DNA of 64,000 nt from Candidatus Tayloriibacteriota bacterium (GCA_037129895.1 JBAXUB010000003.1:2699-66698), one strand, 5' to 3'; positions 1 to 9,576 are shown, counted from the stretch's first letter. Made by a program: numbers and translations. Notes: generated by a model not told the origin, from the sequence alone.

Positions 1-2003
1 TCCGACCAAACTACGATGGTACAAAAAAGGAACCTACCGTAATGCCAACCGCCGTTCCTAACTTGCTTTTGAATGGAACTCTAGGTATCGCTGTTGGTAT
101 GGCTACCAATATCGCTCCACACAATCTCCGTGAGGTGGTTGACGCGACTGTGCACCTACTCGGAAACAAAGACGCTTCAACTGAGGATCTATTCCATTTC
201 ATCAAAGGTCCAGATTTCCCAACAGGCGCTATCATGTATGGTGAGAAAGATATACATCATGCCTATGCTACAGGACGTGGAGGTGTCACGGTTCGCGGTG
301 AGGCCGAGATAGTCGAGGACAAGAAGGGTCAATTCCAGATCATCATAACTTCTATACCATATCGCGTGAACAAGGCTGAGCTCATCATGAAGATAGCTGA
401 CCTCGTTCGTGAGAAGGTTATAGAGGGTGTGAAGGGGCTTCGCGATGAGTCAGACAAGGATATGCGTATCGCTATAGATTTGAAGCAAGGTTCATATCCT
501 GAGAAAGTCCTCAATTTACTCTATAAGCACACACAACTAGAAGATGCATTCCATTTCAATACAGTTGCTCTAGTTCATGGTGTTCCACAAACTCTTTCAT
601 TGAAGTCGATCCTACAAGAATTCGTTACACATAGAATAGATGTTGTACGTCGTCGTACACAATTCGATCTCACGAGAGCTGAAGATCGTGAACATATATT
701 GCTAGGTTTGAAGAAAGCACTGGATCATATAGATGAGATCATCACACTCATTCGTGGTTCCAAGGATGCAGTAGAAGCGCACGCTTCACTCATGAAGAAA
801 TTCAAGTTCAGTGAGAAACAAGCAACAGCGATATTGGAGATGAAACTACAGAGACTAGCTGGACTAGAGCGCAAGAAAGTTCTCGATGAATTACATGAAG
901 TTCAGGCTCTCATCGAAGAATTGAAGTCTATTTTGGGAAGTGAAAAGAAGGTTAGAAGTATCATCAAAACTGAGCTTATCGATGTAAGGACGAGATATGG
1001 TGATGATCGAAGGACCAAGATCGTGAAGCATGGCGTAAAGGATTTCAATCCAGAAGATTTGATAGCAGATGAAGAGTCGGTTATCGTTCTAACCAAAGGT
1101 GGTTATATAAAGAGAACTGATCCAGATGAATATCGCAAGCAGAAGCGTGGTGGTGTTGGGGTAGTTGATCTGGATACCAAGGAAGAGGATTTCATCTCTC
1201 ATTTGGTCTTTGCTTGGACTCATAACGATCTACTTTTCTTTACAGATAAAGGTAAGGCGTACCAGATCAAGATGTATGATATTCCAGAAGGTAAGAGGGC
1301 CACGAAAGGCAAATCAGTGATGAATTTTCTATCTCTTTCAGATGGTGAACGTGTGACTTCTATATTGCCGATGCCAAAAAACAAGAAAGATGCTGAAGGT
1401 CTCTCTCTTATCATGGTTACGAAAAATGGTACTGGCAAGAAGACTTCCGCTCAACATTTCAAAGATGTACGTCGTTCTGGGCTTATCGCTATAACACTCG
1501 AAGGCGGTGATGAACTCATCTCAGCTTCTTTTGTGACAAAGGGTGATGAGGTTGTTATGGCTACAAAGGAGGGTCAGTCGATACATTTCAAGGAAGGTGA
1601 CGTACGCGAAATGGGCCGAAATGCTGCAGGTGTTCGTGTCATCAAGATAGACAAGACTGATAGTGTGATCTCTGCTGACGTCGTCTCAAAAGACGCCAAG
1701 AATCCCCAATTATTCGTTATGGGAGCAAATGGTTATGGCAAGAAGACGAAACTTGCTGAATACAAGGTTCAGAATCGTGGTGGTTCAGGTATCCTCACTA
1801 TGAATATAACTTCGAAGACTGGCTCACTCATCGCCGCCAAGGTTGTTACTGATGACATCGAAGAGATCGTTGCCATGTCCAAGAAATCTCAGGTTATACG
1901 TGTTGATCTCAAGGAAATCCCATCATTATCTCGCGCTACCCAAGGCGTTCGTGTTATGAAACTTCGAGATGGTGATACTTTGGCTAGTCTCATCTGTTTG
2001 TAA
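1..2003 (+). CDS. gyrA: DNA gyrase subunit A, 3' partial (runs off the window start; internal M at 42 is not the true start)
   Basis: Frame is open from nt 3. It carries the GyrA motif '...NGTLGIAVGMATNIAPHN...' followed by C-terminal beta-pinwheel repeats, and stops at 2003. Confidence 0.9.
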   Translation, partial: RPNYDGTKKEPTVMPTAVPNLLLNGTLGIAVGMATNIAPHNLREVVDATVHLLGNKDASTEDLFHFIKGPDFPTGAIMYGEKDIHHAYATGRGGVTVRGEAEIVEDKKGQFQIIITSIPYRVNKAELIMKIADLVREKVIEGVKGLRDESDKDMRIAIDLKQGSYPEKVLNLLYKHTQLEDAFHFNTVALVHGVPQTLSLKSILQEFVTHRIDVVRRRTQFDLTRAEDREHILLGLKKALDHIDEIITLIRGSKDAVEAHASLMKKFKFSEKQATAILEMKLQRLAGLERKKVLDELHEVQALIEELKSILGSEKKVRSIIKTELIDVRTRYGDDRRTKIVKHGVKDFNPEDLIADEESVIVLTKGGYIKRTDPDEYRKQKRGGVGVVDLDTKEEDFISHLVFAWTHNDLLFFTDKGKAYQIKMYDIPEGKRATKGKSVMNFLSLSDGERVTSILPMPKNKKDAEGLSLIMVTKNGTGKKTSAQHFKDVRRSGLIAITLEGGDELISASFVTKGDEVVMATKEGQSIHFKEGDVREMGRNAAGVRVIKIDKTDSVISADVVSKDAKNPQLFVMGANGYGKKTKLAEYKVQNRGGSGILTMNITSKTGSLIAAKVVTDDIEEIVAMSKKSQVIRVDLKEIPSLSRATQGVRVMKLRDGDTLASLICL

Positions 2004-2018
2004 TTGGTCAGTCAATTT

Positions 2019-2136
2019 ACCCACACCACACGAGAGTTTTTATAACTCGAGGACTGTTCGGTGGTGCGTCAATTCGTGAGATAAATAATAGTTTCCTTCA
2101 TCCGCAGAGTTATAAAAACTCTCGTGTGGTGTGGGT
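2019..2136. repeat. Inverted repeat with 30-bp perfect arms (acccacaccacacgagagtttttataactc / revcomp) and a ~58-nt loop
   Basis: I compared the left arm 2019-2048 with the right arm 2107-2136 directly; they are exact reverse complements. Confidence 0.6.
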
Positions 2137-2149
2137 TTTAACAGGTATC

Positions 2150-2236
2150 CATTCACGGGGTAATTTGCTCCGTCGTCTGCGGGCGCTCCCGCTGGCTACC
2201 AGTCCTCGACGCACTACGCAAATTACCCCGTGAATG
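2150..2236. repeat. Inverted repeat with 19-bp perfect arms (cattcacggggtaatttgc / revcomp) and a GC-rich ~49-nt loop
   Basis: Left arm 2150-2168 and right arm 2218-2236 are exact reverse complements. The loop contains a further small hairpin. Confidence 0.6.
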
Positions 2237-2303
2237 TTATACATGTGTAACTGTCCACACATGGCACCTTTATACTTCATAACGAATAGACTATAATTAG
2301 CCT

Positions 2304-2819
2304 ATGTTTTCCGACCCAGCAACAAATTTGAATAAAGTAGGCTTAACAGACGGTATGAAAATAGTAGATATAGGCGCCGGTTCTGGTTTCTATAGTATTG
2401 AGGCGGCCAAGAGAGTTGGGGCCACTGGTAGGGTATATGCCGTAGATGTGCAGAAGGACCTATTGGAGAGACTCCGTTCGGTCGGTGCATCTCAAGGTCT
2501 TAGAAATATAGAAGTAATATGGGGAAATGCTGAGAAGATAGGTGGAACGAAACTCCGTGAAGGACTAGCTGACAGAGTCATTGTATCCAATGTATTGTTT
2601 CAAATAGAAAAACCGGATGATTTTGCTTTGGAGATAAAGAGGATCATCAAGCCGGGCGGCAAGGTTTTGTTGGTTGATTGGAGTGAAGTGAGTGCACTCG
2701 GTCCTTCTACAGTTGTATCTTCGAGTCAGGCACAGGCATTATTTGAGAAGTCAGGTTTCAAGTTAGAACAGCAATTCGGTGCAGGGGATCATCATTATGG
2801 CTTGGTTTTTGTAAAGTAG
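2304..2819 (+). CDS. Class I SAM-dependent methyltransferase
   Basis: Motif I 'VDIGAGSGFYSIEAA', acidic motif II 'VYAVDV' and motif 'IVSNVLF' are present, in a UbiE/COQ5-like arrangement. Confidence 0.7.
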   Translation: MFSDPATNLNKVGLTDGMKIVDIGAGSGFYSIEAAKRVGATGRVYAVDVQKDLLERLRSVGASQGLRNIEVIWGNAEKIGGTKLREGLADRVIVSNVLFQIEKPDDFALEIKRIIKPGGKVLLVDWSEVSALGPSTVVSSSQAQALFEKSGFKLEQQFGAGDHHYGLVFVK

Positions 2820-2867
2820 GCTGGCGTACACCTTCCGTATTTCATTCCTAGAATATATAATTCAATT

Positions 2868-4157
2868 ATGTCAAAATTCCAACTAATAATCTTGTCAGTG
2901 TTCGTAGTTTGTATCATTGCTGGTGTTATCGCCTTTGCAACATTCAAGGGTAATGGTACAAGTACTGATCTACCGAGCGTTACTATTTGGGGCACGTTTC
3001 CAGCGGATATTTTTAATAAGTATGTAGTAGAAATTAACAGCACATCATCCGTTACAATGACGGTGAATTATGTAGAGAAGAAACCAGAGCAATTCTCTAC
3101 CGATTTTATAGCAGCTTTGGCGAGAGGTACTGGACCTGATGCGATCCTCATACCACTAGATATGCTGTTGCCTCATTTGGATAAGCTGACCATGATACCG
3201 TATACAGCTCTGTCACAGAGGGCATATATGGATACATATGTTCAAGAATCCAACATATATCTTACAGACAGTGGCATTATGGGCCTACCATTCGTTATAG
3301 ATCCGCTCATCATGTATTGGAATAGGGGGATGTTCAACTCGGCTGGTGTAGCAACTTATCCAAAATATTGGGATGAATTTAACACGATAATACCGAAATT
3401 GACCGTGAGAGAGAGCGATGGGAATGTTCGTAAGTCGGCTGTTGCAATGGGTGATTTTACGAATATGACGAATGCTCGCGAGCTTGTTGGTTCTATGCTA
3501 TTACAACTCAACAATCCTTTTACTGCGTATGATAGTACTGGTATAAAGACAACGATCACGAATTCCTCGGGTTCAGCACCACAATCAGTATTCAAATTCT
3601 TCACACAGTTCGTCGATCCATCTAGTCCCAATTATTCATGGAATAGAGGGATGCCCAATGACAAAACAGCTTTCTTGTCAGGTATAGGGGCTACATATTT
3701 TGGCTTTGCCTCTGAACTCAAGGATATCCGTACAAAGAATCCAAATCTCAATTTTGATGCAGCATCGTTACCACAAGTTCGAACAGGTGGTGTCAAAGCA
3801 ACATTCGGAAAGATGTATGCATTTTCATTCATGAAAAGTTCGAGTAATGTGAACACTGCTTTCCAAGTCGCTTCAACTATGACAGCACCATCATTTTTAC
3901 CTATCTTGGGGAGTATGCTGTATCTACCTTCAGTACGTAGAGATATCATCGCACGTGGTTCTACAGATCCATATATCGATGTTTTCAATAAGGCAGCACT
4001 CGTCTCCAATGGATGGCTGGATATAGAACCTATAAAGTCACGCGCTATTCTCTCAGGAATGGTTCAGAACATTACGAGCGGTAAGGTTTCGGTGAGCGAA
4101 GGTATCCAAGACATTGAGGACTTGTATAATGTTCAGTTAAGGGCTGCCACACAATAA
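2868..4157 (+). CDS. Membrane-anchored extracellular solute-binding protein (SBP family 1/MalE-like), orphan
   Basis: It has an N-terminal TM helix. 'ARGTGPDAILIPLDMLLPHLDKL' resembles the MalE 'GDGPDIIFWAHDRFGG' region. No permease or ATPase gene is adjacent. Confidence 0.4.
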   Translation: MSKFQLIILSVFVVCIIAGVIAFATFKGNGTSTDLPSVTIWGTFPADIFNKYVVEINSTSSVTMTVNYVEKKPEQFSTDFIAALARGTGPDAILIPLDMLLPHLDKLTMIPYTALSQRAYMDTYVQESNIYLTDSGIMGLPFVIDPLIMYWNRGMFNSAGVATYPKYWDEFNTIIPKLTVRESDGNVRKSAVAMGDFTNMTNARELVGSMLLQLNNPFTAYDSTGIKTTITNSSGSAPQSVFKFFTQFVDPSSPNYSWNRGMPNDKTAFLSGIGATYFGFASELKDIRTKNPNLNFDAASLPQVRTGGVKATFGKMYAFSFMKSSSNVNTAFQVASTMTAPSFLPILGSMLYLPSVRRDIIARGSTDPYIDVFNKAALVSNGWLDIEPIKSRAILSGMVQNITSGKVSVSEGIQDIEDLYNVQLRAATQ

Positions 4158-4162
4158 ATATT

Positions 4163-4606
4163 ATGAAAAATAAGATATATACGATCATATTGGCCGCCAT
4201 AGTTCTAAGCTCGTTCGCACAGTTTTCAATACTGACCGTTAGTGCAGCAAATGAGTCTGTTGATATAACAAAATCGAGTTTTCAGTTATCTATCTGTGAT
4301 GGACCGAGGCCACCAGGTGGAGGTACTAGTGGCACGGTGTATTGTGATTTTACTGGACTTATCTTGACGGTACAGCGGTTCATCAATGTCGGTATAGCCA
4401 TCGGTGTATTCGTAGCACTCGGTAGTTTCTGTTATATCGGCTATCTATATATGACTGGAACACCGGGCAATATCACCAAGGCAAAATCCATTTTCCCAAA
4501 AATCTTTTTTGGGTTTATAATAATGCTCACGGCATGGTTCATCGTTTATCAGATGCTCTCATGGCTAGGTGCCAGTTCGACCTATACTACTTTATTGGGG
4601 AAATAA
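4163..4606 (+). CDS. Small signal-peptide/2-TM protein, paralog 1 (VirB2/TrbC-pilin-like topology)
   Basis: A signal peptide is followed by two hydrophobic helices. It ends with the shared C-terminal motif 'IIMLTAWFIV', which reads '..LS.WGLVNIL' in the other paralogs. Confidence 0.4.
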   Translation: MKNKIYTIILAAIVLSSFAQFSILTVSAANESVDITKSSFQLSICDGPRPPGGGTSGTVYCDFTGLILTVQRFINVGIAIGVFVALGSFCYIGYLYMTGTPGNITKAKSIFPKIFFGFIIMLTAWFIVYQMLSWLGASSTYTTLLGK

Positions 4607-4616
4607 TATAAATATA

Positions 4617-5087
4617 ATGAAATTATCAAACATAATTGGGTATAAGATTGGAACTAGCGTTATGATCGTTCTCATGTTAGTTGTGGTACTCAGTGTACCA
4701 GTGACTTTAGTCATGGCGCAGATCAATATTGGTGGGAATGCTATTACTGCCCCCGTCAGTGGGAATGGTAAAGCAGGAACTCTCGATAATCCATTAAAAG
4801 GAGTGAGTTCACTCGGCGATCTAGTAAAAACTGGTCTACAAGTCTTTACATACATAGCGGTTCTCATAGGTGTTGTCATGATAGTGATAGTTGGTCTCAA
4901 ATATATCCTCGCACGTGGTAAACCAGAGGAGATGAAGAAAGCCAGCCAATGGCTACTGTATATCGTGATAGGGCTAGCGATCGTTATTGGTTCTAGGATC
5001 GCCGTATCTATCGTTATCAACACACTGGAGTCCTCTGGTGCGGTTGATCCGAAAGTTATACAAAGTGCAAAGAATGCCAATCAATAA
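4617..5087 (+). CDS. Small signal-peptide/2-TM protein, paralog 2
   Basis: Start chosen at ATG 4617 (MKLSNIIG) to avoid overlapping the previous gene. It has a hydrophobic N-terminus and the helix-loop-helix body 'VFTYIAVLIGVVMIVIVGLKYIL...LYIVIGLAIVIG'. Confidence 0.4.
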   Translation: MKLSNIIGYKIGTSVMIVLMLVVVLSVPVTLVMAQINIGGNAITAPVSGNGKAGTLDNPLKGVSSLGDLVKTGLQVFTYIAVLIGVVMIVIVGLKYILARGKPEEMKKASQWLLYIVIGLAIVIGSRIAVSIVINTLESSGAVDPKVIQSAKNANQ

Positions 5088-5107
5088 TTTATTAATTATT
5101 CAATAAT

Positions 5108-5605
5108 ATGACAAAAAAACATTTAAAATATACACTTTCAATATTGATCGCCACTACGCCACTGTTAGCTTTTGCTGCGACGGGCGGTACTTTGAAGACT
5201 TTGATATCATCGATCATCAATTACCTCAATTGGGCACTAGTCCTCATGATGGCTCTGGCTATCGTGTATTTCACTTGGAATGTGATCAAGTATTATGTTA
5301 GGACCAATGAAGATAGGAAAGAGGGAAATACTTATGTTATGTATAGTATCATCGGTTTTTTCGTAATATTGTCTTTCTGGGGATTGGTAAATATTCTGCA
5401 AAATAGCTTCGGTTTGAGTAATCAAGGGAATACTCCAGGTAGTTGGGCTTCATTCTCCAATATTTTCCCTGGAGGAGGGTCGTCAGCTTCTGGTGGGGTA
5501 AGTGATCCAGCCTCGCAGACTCTATTTGATTACCAGGCTGGTGGCAGTTCGATTACTTGTCCGAGTGGAACGGATTACAATGCGACGACTGAGACTTGTA
5601 TGTAG
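5108..5605 (+). CDS. Small signal-peptide/2-TM protein, paralog 3
   Basis: Signal peptide 'LLAFAATGG' and the conserved motif 'FFVILSFWGLVNILQNSFG' are present, with a Gly/Ser-rich tail. Confidence 0.4.
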   Translation: MTKKHLKYTLSILIATTPLLAFAATGGTLKTLISSIINYLNWALVLMMALAIVYFTWNVIKYYVRTNEDRKEGNTYVMYSIIGFFVILSFWGLVNILQNSFGLSNQGNTPGSWASFSNIFPGGGSSASGGVSDPASQTLFDYQAGGSSITCPSGTDYNATTETCM

Positions 5606-5716
5606 TATAACCTATCAATATCCACAGGGGGGTGCATTTAATAGTCTGTAAAGTAGTGTATAATTATAACCAACTAATATATTCGTATTAGCATTTATTA
5701 ACAAATTAACAATAAT

Positions 5717-6076
5717 ATGAAAAAAATCATCGCAGTAGCATTGGCATTAACACCTGTTGTAGCATTTGCTCAATTGACACAGATCACCGACGTCAATAGT
5801 TTGTCTAGTAGACTCGTGAGTTTGGGTAATACATTTACATATTTGTTGATAGCTCTAGCAGTTATCTTCATTATCTGGAACGTGGTTATGTCCTTGATCA
5901 AAGGTAATGATCCTGCAGCTCGTGGTGCAGCAGCATCCTCTATATTGTATGGTATAGTCGGTCTATTCGTAATACTATCTATCTGGGGCCTAGTGAATAT
6001 CCTAGTCAATACATTCGGTACGAGACCACCTGCTGCAACAGTCCCTCAGGCACAGAATGCTCCAATAGTTTACTAA
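5717..6076 (+). CDS. Small signal-peptide/2-TM protein, paralog 4 (best VirB2-like topology)
   Basis: Layout is signal 'VVAFAQ', helix 1, loop 'KGNDPAARGAAAS', then helix 2 'LFVILSIWGLVNILVNTFG'. Confidence 0.45.
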   Translation: MKKIIAVALALTPVVAFAQLTQITDVNSLSSRLVSLGNTFTYLLIALAVIFIIWNVVMSLIKGNDPAARGAAASSILYGIVGLFVILSIWGLVNILVNTFGTRPPAATVPQAQNAPIVY

Positions 6077-6091
6077 TAGTTAAACAATTCG

Positions 6092-6376
6092 ATGTCATCC
6101 GTAACTCAGCTCATGGCCGCACTGGACGCTGCTACATTCGGCAAAGCAGTTGACCCGATTATATCAAATATATTGAATCCGATAATGGCGCTAATATTTG
6201 CTGTTGCTCTCGTCGTGTTCGTTTACGGAGTTTTGACATATGTTTGGGGTTCGCAAGATGGTGATGCAAGGACCCTAGCGAAGAATAGTATGGTTGGAGG
6301 AATCATCGGTATGTTCATCATGTTGTCAGCGTGGGGCATAGTCAATCTGATAGCAAATACTGTTAAATCTCTGTAA
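6092..6376 (+). CDS. Small 2-TM protein, paralog 5
   Basis: It carries the conserved motif 'MFIMLSAWGIVNLIANTV'. Confidence 0.4.
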   Translation: MSSVTQLMAALDAATFGKAVDPIISNILNPIMALIFAVALVVFVYGVLTYVWGSQDGDARTLAKNSMVGGIIGMFIMLSAWGIVNLIANTVKSL

Positions 6377-6416
6377 GTACTCAGAAAAATCTAGATCGGA
6401 ATTATATATAAAAGGG

Positions 6417-6447
6417 AAAGGCCGGACATGAATCGCTTCATGCCGGC
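6417..6447. terminator. Convergent intrinsic terminator hairpin
   Basis: The hairpin 'ggccggacatgaa tcgc ttcatgccggcc' is followed by 'gtttctt'. It sits between the end of the paralog array (+) and the end of the 6464-7009 gene (-). Confidence 0.5.
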
Positions 6448-6463
6448 CGTTTCTTGCAAAGAA

Positions 6464-7009
6464 CTATGACGAGGGTACATCCCTCGTTTCTGATATCGCC
6501 CAGGCAACAGGTGCCTGAGACAACTTTTGGTTTGGTTCGATACTCACCTCGATCGTATTGAACCCGACTGTGTTCTCGAGGTGAGACTTTTCCCGCCAAT
6601 TGCGCGGGTAAAGTTTGAAAATACGACTATCGTCGTGATCAAACCTCACCAACCAATGGACATCGTCGACAAGTATGTTCATGTCGACCCTTCTCCCAAA
6701 GACGCTCACGCCCTGCCATTTTCCTGGCACGGCAATGATGACGCCTGATTCGTGAGCTGTGGTGTAGCTCTGCTTCACCATTTCGCTCATCTTCGGGTTA
6801 AGTCCGTCACCCGATCCGGAAGATCCGGAGGGGGATGACCTCGACACGAATATGATGAGGATGATGAGTGGTGCCAGCAATAGTGCCCACTTCTGTGTTT
6901 TACTCATTTTCTGTTTGGGCGGGATCACCATTGCTGGTGTTACCGCTTTTGTCGTCGCTGCTGCGGGTGCAGCAGGTGTTGTTGTCGTCGCTGCTGTTGG
7001 TTTCGCCAT
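6464..7009 (-). CDS. Hypothetical membrane-anchored protein (first gene of the GC-rich island)
   Basis: It has an Ala/Thr/Pro-rich N-terminus and a TM helix 'WALLLAPLIILIIFV'. GC is ~52% against ~38% in the flanks. Confidence 0.45.
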   Translation of the reverse strand: MAKPTAATTTTPAAPAAATTKAVTPAMVIPPKQKMSKTQKWALLLAPLIILIIFVSRSSPSGSSGSGDGLNPKMSEMVKQSYTTAHESGVIIAVPGKWQGVSVFGRRVDMNILVDDVHWLVRFDHDDSRIFKLYPRNWREKSHLENTVGFNTIEVSIEPNQKLSQAPVAWAISETRDVPSS

Positions 7010-7033
7010 ATTAATCCTTCTATTTTTTTTGTT

Positions 7034-8062
7034 CTATTTTTTGCCTGCCATGACTATTCCCGCGCCGTCCCCAAGGCCCAATGCTGTTAGACCTTCCTGG
7101 GGAATGCCCCGGTATTCGTTCTCTTTTACTTCAATTGTTCGAGTCGTCTTTGGATCGACAGCTGCTGCTGCGGTCCTCGACGCCTCGTTTACGCCCATAT
7201 CAGGGTTCGCTTCCCTGAGTGCTCTGATCCCTTCGTTGATCATACCGATCGTCGACTTGGACGAGTAGATCGTCCTTGACTCTGGTGTGAGGTCAAAGTT
7301 TTCCAACGTTGGATTTTTGATCTCGCACCCGATCTGGTCTTCGAAAGCGGAGATATTTTCTTCGCCATCAAAAAGTGTTGAAACCCATTTGACTACTGAG
7401 CTCTTGTAATAGAGCAGAGTCTCAACCGAGTTCAATCCTGCCAGATCTGATAGTCGAGCAGCGACTAGCGCCAATATCCAGGCCCGAATCTCCGCGTTTT
7501 GATAACGCAGTGATTTGCTGAGCGCATCCGTGTCGCTCTTACGATTGTAGAGTATCAGGATGTTCGCAAACATCACGTATCCATCACGAGTGGTGAATGT
7601 CACCTGATTCTCGCTACCAAATCGGGTCGTTATGATTTCGTGCTTTTGGAAGTTGATTGGCTCTTCCTGAAGCCTAGAACTCCACATTGTGAAGTGGAAT
7701 CCTTGGAGGTAAACCAGGATCTTTCCCGGTCTGAAATAGTCCAGGTAGACCTTGGCTTCCCGAGCGTTCACTGTCGTCCACATCGCTGGGGTGTAGATGA
7801 TCACGAACGCTGCCACTCCGATCAGCGGAATTCCGATCGTCATCATCGACGATTTGTCGATGAATGATAGACCAATCGACAAGGCAACGAAAAGTATCAT
7901 TGCTGTCAATAGGTTGAGTATCAGCGATTCATAATCAAAGTTATTGATCACCGCTACCGCCAACGCTTTATCCGTGTTCACCCTGGCTCCCGGTTTCGGT
8001 GGGAGGGAGGTAATTTTCGGTCTCCGCAACGCGGGCGGAGCTTCTTTAATTTTCTTACTCAT
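7034..8062 (-). CDS. SPFH/band-7 (stomatin/HflK-like) membrane protein
   Basis: N-terminal TM helices are followed by the segment '...HEIITTRFGSENQVTFTTRDGYVMFANILILYNRKSDTDAL...', which is the SPFH pattern. Confidence 0.4.
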   Translation of the reverse strand: MSKKIKEAPPALRRPKITSLPPKPGARVNTDKALAVAVINNFDYESLILNLLTAMILFVALSIGLSFIDKSSMMTIGIPLIGVAAFVIIYTPAMWTTVNAREAKVYLDYFRPGKILVYLQGFHFTMWSSRLQEEPINFQKHEIITTRFGSENQVTFTTRDGYVMFANILILYNRKSDTDALSKSLRYQNAEIRAWILALVAARLSDLAGLNSVETLLYYKSSVVKWVSTLFDGEENISAFEDQIGCEIKNPTLENFDLTPESRTIYSSKSTIGMINEGIRALREANPDMGVNEASRTAAAAVDPKTTRTIEVKENEYRGIPQEGLTALGLGDGAGIVMAGKK

Positions 8063-8200
8063 AATTTCATTTCTTTCTGTCTTTGATCTTCAGCCATAAT
8101 TGTGGCCTCGGATCGGTTTGTCTATTATTCAGCTGTCAAACAGTATCTTTTGGACACTGGCAAGAGTCATCCGACCCTCGCAAACAGGCTTTTAAATCTG
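8063..8200. repeat. Promoter/5'UTR repeat, copy 1 (about 85% identical to 9435-9576)
   Basis: Direct comparison shows it contains TTGACA on the minus strand and the palindrome 'agccataattgtggcc'. It ends at the start codon of the 7034-8062 gene. Confidence 0.6.
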
Positions 8201-8317
8201 GTTCAATTGTAGCATAAAAAAAGGGCAAAGTCAAGGCAAATTGAGTATCGAAATAGGGCTATATAGCAAGTCATATTATTGGCTATTTTTGGTCATAAAT
8301 ATAAAGAAAACCCCTCA

Positions 8318-8352
8318 TAGACATTGCTGTCAGTGAGGGGTTTTTTGAAGGA
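8318..8352. terminator. Intrinsic terminator (bidirectional)
   Basis: 'cccctcatagacattgctgtcagtgagggg' plus a T-run lies downstream of the 8364-9434(-) gene. Confidence 0.5.
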
Positions 8353-8363
8353 ACTGTTCGGTG

Positions 8364-9434
8364 CTACCTGCACCGGCCACCACCACCGTGGTGGTATGTG
8401 GCAAACGGTAGTGGGGGACCGCCACGATATCCGCCGCCGTACGATGGGGCACAATAGCTGCCACTATAGTAGCTACCACCCCCGTATCCGACACTAATGA
8501 TCGGCCTGTACGTTTGATACACGTACGGCTGCTGGTAAACAACCGTCGGCGCTGTTCGATAGTAGTATGAGGACTGCTCAACCGGAGCAGGTTCCCGATA
8601 CTCCTGCACCTGTTTCTCAACAGGTTGCGCCGGCGGTGACCACGTTGAAGTGGTCTTCGTCGCACAAGTCGGCTGCCTCACTGTTACGGCCTGTGTGCTG
8701 ACAAGGGTGTTGCCCTTGTACACAGGCCCGTAGTTTACGGTTATGGAGCAGTTCGTGCTGCTCACAATGTTGAAGCAGTTCGACATGGCCATGGTATTGG
8801 CCACTGAAGAGCTCATCCCACTCTGACTCTGAGCGAGGCCAGCTCTGGCGCGAGCGATTTCGCCCTCGTAATCGCTGAGCTTTTTGCTCTCAGCGTTCAA
8901 GTCGAGCTGCTCTTTATGGGCAGCGTCGTACCCTTTTGTCAACTTCCTGTATTCTGCAGCTGTCGCTGCGGCTGTTGACGGCGCGTCCACGGTGGCCTTC
9001 TGGTCGCGGTGTGTCCACCACCACCAGAGACCGATGAGGCTGAGAATCGCCACGATTAACGTGGTAATCTTAAGCCACTTCCACTTGTCGCCCGAAGCGG
9101 GCGGCGTGGTGGTGACGTTTACTGTCGTCGATCCACCTGTACCACCGGAAGCTGCAGCTGCTGCAGCGGCGGCCGCGGCTGCTGCTTTAGCGGCGCTCCC
9201 TGCGCGCGGCTTCCGAGCCTTCTTGGGTGCGGCTGGCTGCGGCGGCGGAGTGACTGGTGGCGGCGTCCCCGTTGTTGGGGGAGTTGCCGTCTTCTTCGCC
9301 TTGGCAGTTTTAGGGGCGGCAGGTGCCGTACCCGAAGTTGCTGCTGACGCTGTTGTTGCTGCAGGTGCTGTATTTACAGAACCTGGATTTGCGGGCGGTT
9401 GCCCAACCGGCGTTTTTGTCGTTGCCATATTCAT
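8364..9434 (-). CDS. Low-complexity Pro/Ala/Thr-rich membrane protein with Gly/Tyr-rich C-terminus
   Basis: It contains the TM helix 'ITTLIVAILSLIGLWWWW' and a coiled-coil segment. GC is ~62%. The plus-strand ORF 8884-9471 is its antisense shadow. Confidence 0.5.
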   Translation of the reverse strand: MNMATTKTPVGQPPANPGSVNTAPAATTASAATSGTAPAAPKTAKAKKTATPPTTGTPPPVTPPPQPAAPKKARKPRAGSAAKAAAAAAAAAAAASGGTGGSTTVNVTTTPPASGDKWKWLKITTLIVAILSLIGLWWWWTHRDQKATVDAPSTAAATAAEYRKLTKGYDAAHKEQLDLNAESKKLSDYEGEIARARAGLAQSQSGMSSSVANTMAMSNCFNIVSSTNCSITVNYGPVYKGNTLVSTQAVTVRQPTCATKTTSTWSPPAQPVEKQVQEYREPAPVEQSSYYYRTAPTVVYQQPYVYQTYRPIISVGYGGGSYYSGSYCAPSYGGGYRGGPPLPFATYHHGGGGRCR

Positions 9435-9576
9435 ATTTCTTTTTCTTTCCGTCTTTGATCCTCGGCCATAATTATGGCCTCGGATCGGTTTCTATATTCA
9501 GCTGTCAAACAGTATCTTTTGGACACTGGCAAGAGTCATCCGACCCTTGCAAACAAGCTTCAAATTTCTGGTGGTA
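9435..9576. repeat. Promoter/5'UTR repeat, copy 2
   Basis: It contains TTGACA on the minus strand and the perfect 16-bp palindrome 'ggccataattatggcc' at 9464-9479. It ends at the start codon of the 8364-9434 gene. Confidence 0.6.

Noticed and set aside
4592-5080. 162-aa minus-strand ORF
   Set aside because: It is entirely antisense to the pilin-like paralog 4617-5087. It has no RBS and carries hydrophobic reverse-frame bias.
8884-9471. 195-aa Ala-rich ORF on the plus strand
   Set aside because: It is the antisense shadow of the GC-rich low-complexity gene 8364-9434(-). Its amino-acid composition is driven by the GCN/NGC repeats of the opposite strand.
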